64,000 bases of DNA from Fibrobacteria bacterium (lineage in GTDB: Bacteria > Fibrobacterota > Fibrobacteria > UBA11236), in contig JBJHDK010000002.1 in NCBI GenBank assembly GCA_050486505.1, positions 15,277-79,276 on the forward strand, in the 5' to 3' direction. The notes beneath the pieces are model-generated. The model was given only the letters and a program-made list of their open reading frames with translations. It made no database searches and was not told where the DNA came from. Both the position numbers and the translations under genes were made by a program. Below are positions 59,365 through 64,000 of the stretch, piece by piece. The first letter of the stretch is position 1; each line of letters starts with the position of its first letter.

Positions 59365-60954
59365 ATGGCAAACCTCTACCTCGGACTCGACTGTTCCACC
59401 CAAAGTTTCACCGCCCTCGTGCTTGAACAAGGCACGGCGACGGATCCCTCCTCGACCCGGATCCTGGCGGAACGCAGCCTCAACTTCGACGAGCATTTTC
59501 CCGAGTTCAAGACCCGCAACGGCGTGCTGGCCGGCAAGGACGGCGTCGTCCACTCCCCGCCGCAAATGTGGGTGCGCGCACTGGAGGAGACCCTCGCGCT
59601 GCTGAAGAAGCAGGGAATCCCCCTCGATAAGATCACCGCCATCGGAACCTCGGGGCAGCAGCACGGATCCGTCTACCTCAACGCATCGGCGAAGCGCGCC
59701 CTCGCCCAACTCGACGCGACGCGGGCACTGACCCCCCAACTCGATTGGATCTACTCCCGCAAGACTTCCCCCATCTGGATGGATTCCAGCACCTCGGCGG
59801 AATGCAAGGAGATCGCGGAGGCTCTCGGCGGCGACGACGCCGTATGCGCCCTGACCGGCTCGCGCACCTTCGAGCGCTTCACCGGCCCGCAGATCCGCAA
59901 ATTTTACAAGACCGAGCCGGAGCACTACCTCGCCACCGCCCAGATCTGCCTGGTCTCTAGCTTCATTCCGTCCTTGCTTGCAGGCAAGATCGTTCCCGTC
60001 GATCCCGGTGACGGTGCAGGCATGAACCTGATGGACATCGCGAAGCGTCAGTGGAGCCCCGAGGCCCTGGAAGCGACCGCGCCCGGCCTCACCGACAAGC
60101 TGCTGCCGATTCTCGAAACCACCGAGGCGGCCGCAACGATCTCCGCCTACTTCGTCGACCGTTTCGGGTTTTCGCCCGACTGCAAGGTTCTTCCCGGAAC
60201 CGGCGACAACCCCGCCAGCCTCGTGGGGCTCGGCCTCGTTTCCGGAGGCGCGCTCGGCATTTCGCTCGGCACCAGCGATACCGTCTTCGCATACATGAAC
60301 AATGTCAGCACCGATCCTTCCGGTGCGTCGCACGTCTTCGGCAGTCCCACCGGCGGCTACATGGCCATCTCCGTCTACAAGAACGGCAGCCTCGCGCGCG
60401 AGGCCGTGCGCCAGCGCCACGGGCTCAACTGGGACCAGTTCTCAGCGATTCTCGCGCAGACACCCGCGGGCAACGACGGACGCATTTTGTTGCCCTACTT
60501 CGACACCGAAATCGTTCCCCACGTCCAGAAGGCGGGCGCGCAGCGCTTCGGGTTCGGCGAGGGTGACACCGAAGCCGAGGTGCGCGCCGTGGTCGAGGCG
60601 CAGATGACCAGCATGCGCATCCACTCCGAGTGGATGGGCGAAACACCGAAGCGCATCCAGGCGACCGGTGGCGCCTCGAATAACCGCGAGATCCTGCAGA
60701 TCATGGCCGATGTGTTCGGGGTGCCGGTGATGCGGCAAGAAACGTCCAACTCGGCAGGATTGGGCGCTGCGGTGCAGGCGCAGTTCGTGGCCCTGAAAGA
60801 GTCCGGATCCACGGTGTCGTTCGAAGAGCTGACGCAACCTCATGTGAACGCGACCTATACGCTGCAGCCGAATCCGGCGCATGCGGAGGTCTACGCGAAG
60901 TTCCGCGAGGAATACCGGAAGAAGGAAGCGGAATACGTGGGGTCGCTTGGCTGA
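59365..60954 (+). CDS. xylB: Xylulokinase (FGGY family)
   Basis: LGLDCSTQS, SGQQHGSVY, PIWMDSST, ERFTGPQIRK, TGDNP, SLGTSDT, TGGAS. Confidence 0.9.
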   Translation: MANLYLGLDCSTQSFTALVLEQGTATDPSSTRILAERSLNFDEHFPEFKTRNGVLAGKDGVVHSPPQMWVRALEETLALLKKQGIPLDKITAIGTSGQQHGSVYLNASAKRALAQLDATRALTPQLDWIYSRKTSPIWMDSSTSAECKEIAEALGGDDAVCALTGSRTFERFTGPQIRKFYKTEPEHYLATAQICLVSSFIPSLLAGKIVPVDPGDGAGMNLMDIAKRQWSPEALEATAPGLTDKLLPILETTEAAATISAYFVDRFGFSPDCKVLPGTGDNPASLVGLGLVSGGALGISLGTSDTVFAYMNNVSTDPSGASHVFGSPTGGYMAISVYKNGSLAREAVRQRHGLNWDQFSAILAQTPAGNDGRILLPYFDTEIVPHVQKAGAQRFGFGEGDTEAEVRAVVEAQMTSMRIHSEWMGETPKRIQATGGASNNREILQIMADVFGVPVMRQETSNSAGLGAAVQAQFVALKESGSTVSFEELTQPHVNATYTLQPNPAHAEVYAKFREEYRKKEAEYVGSLG

Positions 60955-61000
60955 GGACTCCCTGTTAGGGGAACGGCCACGAAAGGGCACAAGGAACACA

Positions 61001-61037
61001 AAGAAAGGGCGGATCAATGATCCGCCCTTTCTTTGTC
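61001..61037. terminator. Bidirectional terminator
   Basis: AAGAAAGGGCGGATC-AAT-GATCCGCCCTTTCTTTG between convergent genes. Confidence 0.85.
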
Positions 61038-61062
61038 CTGCTAAAGCACCGCAACGATGCGT

Positions 61063-61581
61063 TTACGGCGCGGCCTCCGCGCACATCGCATCGAGCTTGA
61101 CGTAGCTCATCTCCATGCCATCGGTCATGCCGGTCTGCAGCGCGGCTTCGCGTGCTTCCTTCGAAGCGTACAACACCGTCATCTCAAGCTCCGTCCTGTC
61201 CGGCGACAGTTCCCGGAACAGGATCGTGACCCGGGTCTCGCCCCCCGTCCAGTCCTCGTCGAACAACTCCGTGTGCACGATGCGCGCGGGCGGATCGACC
61301 TCCAGGAATTTTCCGCCCCATCCCATCGCCTCGGGTCCGCCGTCCCAACCCTCTTCCACGGGCTCGCCGTTTCTTCGCAACTCGTACCGGAATGAGCCGC
61401 CCGCGCGCAAATCGACTTCGCACACAGCCATCTCCCAGCCGTCGGGCCCGGTCAGCCAGCGCTTGAGCAACTCGGGCTTCGTATGCGCGTCGAAAACCAG
61501 TTGACGGCGCGCGTCAAAAGTGCGCGTGATGCGCAATTCGCGATCGCCCATGAGTTCGACGTTCAGTTTTCCTGTCTTCAT
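61063..61581 (-). CDS. SRPBCC/AHSA1 family protein
   Basis: ITRTFDARRQLVFDAHTKPELLKRW, EVDLRAGG, PPARIVHTE, GMEMSY. Confidence 0.92.
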   Translation of the reverse strand: MKTGKLNVELMGDRELRITRTFDARRQLVFDAHTKPELLKRWLTGPDGWEMAVCEVDLRAGGSFRYELRRNGEPVEEGWDGGPEAMGWGGKFLEVDPPARIVHTELFDEDWTGGETRVTILFRELSPDRTELEMTVLYASKEAREAALQTGMTDGMEMSYVKLDAMCAEAAP

Positions 61582-61982
61582 CGTGATTCTCCTTTGCCGG
61601 GGATGATGCGTCGCGGCCGCTTCTCCGCAGCCTTGAGGGTGTCGAGCAACGCGTCGAGTTGTTGGTACCGCCCTTCCCAGAAGCGCCGGTAGTTCTCCAA
61701 CCACTCCACCGCTTCACCCAGCGGCTTCGCCTCAAGCCGCCGCGGACGGCGCTGCGCCGAGCGCCCGCGCGAGACCAGCCCGGCATCCTCAAGCACGCGC
61801 AAATGCTTCGAGATCGCCGGCTGGCTCAGGTCGAAAGGTTCCGCCAACTCCTGCACGGAAGCTTCGCCTTGGGCCAAACGCTCCAGGATCGCTCGCCGTG
61901 TGGGATCGGCCAGGGCCGAAAACACCGCATTCAGAGTGTTTTCGGCCAGTCCGTAGGCATGTCCATATCCAATCGGTTGCAT
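61578..61982 (-). CDS. ArsR/SmtB family transcriptional regulator
   Basis: FSALADPTRRAIL, LSQPAISKHLRVLEDAGLV; ATGA coupling to the SRPBCC gene; upstream TTGACA-N17-TAGATT. Confidence 0.92.
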   Translation of the reverse strand: MQPIGYGHAYGLAENTLNAVFSALADPTRRAILERLAQGEASVQELAEPFDLSQPAISKHLRVLEDAGLVSRGRSAQRRPRRLEAKPLGEAVEWLENYRRFWEGRYQQLDALLDTLKAAEKRPRRIIPGKGESR

Positions 61983-62267
61983 AACTGATAGGTAATCTAC
62001 TGTCGCCTTTTCAGCGTGTCAACCCGATTTTTCAACGCCTGCAACCGCGGGCACACGTGCCTGCAACATCCCCGAAGCACAGCCCTCCTACTCTATGCCC
62101 CGTCTCCGGAACATCCCCCGGCAAGAAAGGGCATCCATGTCCCCAGCGCTCCCCTCCACCGTCGCGCCCGCAACGGAACCCCCCGTTCTCCTCTCCGCGC
62201 CGACCGACCTCGGCGGCCCCGACTCCCTGTTCGCCACTATCCGCGCCACGCGCAAGGCGTGCCCCCC

Positions 62268-63008
62268 ATGGTGCTCGAGCGTGGCGACTACCGCCTGCAC
62301 TTCGCCACCACCGCCGCCGAACTCGACGCTCTCCTGCGCCTGCGTTACGACGTCTACAACCTCGAAATGGGCGAGGGATTGAAGGAGTCCGAGCGGACCG
62401 CGCGCGATACGGACGCCTTCGACGCGCAATGCCACCACCTCTTCGTGCAACACAAAGACAGCGGAGAGTGCGTGGGAACCTACCGCCTGCAAACCGCCGC
62501 CATGGCGCGTTCGGGATGCGGCTTCTACACGGATCAGGAATTCCGCATCGGCGACCTTCCCGAGGCCGTGCGCGAAGACGGCGTCGAAGTGGGTCGCGCC
62601 TGCGTCGGTCGCGCGCATCGCAACGGGCACGTGCTGCAACTGTTGTGGAAAGGGCTCGCGAACTACCTGTTGTGGAACGGCAAGCGCTATCTCTTCGGAG
62701 CGTGCTCCCTTTCGAGCCAGGATCCGGCGGAAGGGGTTGCCCTGTACCGCGAACTCTCTACGACGGGTTCGCTGCATCCGGAAATCCGCGTCGCCCCGCG
62801 TGCGGGGTGGGAGTGCCGCATCGAAGGATCGGTTCCCGTCGTCACGCAAACGCCAGAGGTGCCGCGACTGCTCAAGGGTTACCTCAACCTGGGCGGACAC
62901 GTGTGCGGCGAGCCCGCCCTCGATCGCGCCTTCAAAACCATCGACTACCTCGTGCTGCTTGACATCGAATCGATGCCGCCTGGGTTGTTTCGTCGTTTCG
63001 TGGCGTAG
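62268..63008 (+). CDS. GNAT_5 / OlsB-like amino-lipid N-acyltransferase (start uncertain)
   Basis: LRLRYDVY..E, DAFDAQCHHL, VGTYRL, EVGRACV, LFGACS, LLKGYLNLG..VCGEPALD..F...D. Confidence 0.88.
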   Translation: MVLERGDYRLHFATTAAELDALLRLRYDVYNLEMGEGLKESERTARDTDAFDAQCHHLFVQHKDSGECVGTYRLQTAAMARSGCGFYTDQEFRIGDLPEAVREDGVEVGRACVGRAHRNGHVLQLLWKGLANYLLWNGKRYLFGACSLSSQDPAEGVALYRELSTTGSLHPEIRVAPRAGWECRIEGSVPVVTQTPEVPRLLKGYLNLGGHVCGEPALDRAFKTIDYLVLLDIESMPPGLFRRFVA

Positions 63009-63010
63009 GG

Positions 63011-63994
63011 GTGACAGCGCGCCACCATCACATCTCCATGGTGCCAAAGCGCCCGCCTGTCCGGTGGATGCGCGGTTGCCTGCGCGCTGCGGGATTCGTC
63101 GCGTGGACGTTGGCGGTCGGCGGAGCGTGGCTCTGCGTGCGAACCGTCCTTCCCCGGACGCGTCACGCCGCGGGTGGCGCATGGACATTGCATTTGTGGT
63201 CGCGCGGGTTGCTTCGCCTGCTGGACATCACGATGGTCATTCGGGGGGCGCCCTGTCGCGGGCCCGCGCTGCTTGCGGGAAACCATGCCGGTTACCTCGA
63301 CGTCGTGGCGCTCTCCGCCATGTCGCCTGCGCTCTTCGTCTCGAAGGATGATCTCGCGGGCTGGCCCGTGCTGGGATTCCTCGGCAGATCGGTCGGCACG
63401 CTTTTTCTCAAGCGCGGCAGCCCGCGCGCCGTGACCAATGTCGGCAATGCCATGCAGGCCGCCTTCCGGGAAGGACGGCGCGTCATCGTCTTTCCCGAGG
63501 GCACGACTTCGAACGGGCACTGCGTCTTGCCCTTCCATCCCTCCCTGTTCGAGCCCGCCCTGCGCGCGGGAGTTCCCGTGCAGGCCTCGGCGATCGCGTG
63601 GACGCGCAAGCACCCTCGCGACCCCGAAGATCTTGCCGTGTGGATCGGCGACGCGGAGTTCCTGCCGCACCTGTGGCAGTTGTTTTGCGCGCGCGGACTG
63701 ACTGCGCGCATCGTGTTCCGGGAAGCTGTTTCAGGGTATCCGGATCGGCGCACCGCCGCTGAGTCCACGCGCGCATGGATCGTGGGGGTATCGGACGATG
63801 GGCCGGTTGTAGGGGCAAATGATCATTTGCCCCTACAACCACCCCCGCACGGCGTCGGCCACGCTACCCCTTTAGTGCGCGGCCTCGCGCACAGGATCCG
63901 GGGCATGCGGCATGGCCACCGCGCGCCCGGCACGGCGCAACAACGGCAGGTCGTTGGCGGAGTCCCCCGCGGCAAGGGCGTTCGAGACGGATAA
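63011..63994 (+). CDS. Lysophospholipid acyltransferase (OlsA/PlsC-like); C-terminal extent doubtful
   Basis: NHAGYLD, WPVLG, FLKRG, FPEGTTS, PFH; follows the OlsB-like gene. Confidence 0.82.
   Translation: MTARHHHISMVPKRPPVRWMRGCLRAAGFVAWTLAVGGAWLCVRTVLPRTRHAAGGAWTLHLWSRGLLRLLDITMVIRGAPCRGPALLAGNHAGYLDVVALSAMSPALFVSKDDLAGWPVLGFLGRSVGTLFLKRGSPRAVTNVGNAMQAAFREGRRVIVFPEGTTSNGHCVLPFHPSLFEPALRAGVPVQASAIAWTRKHPRDPEDLAVWIGDAEFLPHLWQLFCARGLTARIVFREAVSGYPDRRTAAESTRAWIVGVSDDGPVVGANDHLPLQPPPHGVGHATPLVRGLAHRIRGMRHGHRAPGTAQQRQVVGGVPRGKGVRDG
63809..63836. repeat. GTAG-type REP-like palindrome
   Basis: Identical to 48978-49005. Confidence 0.88.
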
Positions 63995-64000
63995 CCCCAG
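63872..64000 (-). CDS. Cof-type HAD hydrolase, C-terminal fragment (not in ORF track)
   Basis: Minus strand from 64000 translates LGLSVSNALAAGDSANDLPLLRRAGRAVAMPHAPDPVREAAH*, with HAD motif IV GDSxND. Confidence 0.8.
   Translation of the reverse strand: MGLSVSNALAAGDSANDLPLLRRAGRAVAMPHAPDPVREAAH

Overview
GC-rich bacterial chromosomal window, probably Fibrobacterota (inferred from a TIGR02147-like regulator next to a lipoprotein, a T9SS-like C-terminal domain, and TAnnTTTG promoter elements). It contains: tRNA-Arg(CCG); a cobalamin riboswitch upstream of a TonB-dependent receptor and a beta-propeller lipoprotein; housekeeping genes (degP, gnd, purN, rnhB, cls, metY, purB, pfkA, hldE, xylB); a BrnT/BrnA toxin-antitoxin pair; a surface-polysaccharide block; a PerR-Dps-AhpC unit with two operator palindromes; and a guanidine-utilisation operon (ABC transporter, two DUF1989 deiminase subunits, Asp-type carboxylase, allophanate hydrolase). 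Best candidate for an undescribed system (36374-40764): a His-rich membrane-targeted leader protein ending in the ribosome-arrest motif RAPP, upstream of lipoprotein / CxxC TonB-dependent receptor / lipoprotein. It may be a metal-sensing arrest-peptide-controlled uptake operon. Also notable: REP-like palindromes, including a 49-bp composite element found inside the interdomain linkers of two unrelated genes. I saw no CRISPR array, rRNA, prophage or transposase. All calls come from motif recognition by eye; no searches were run.
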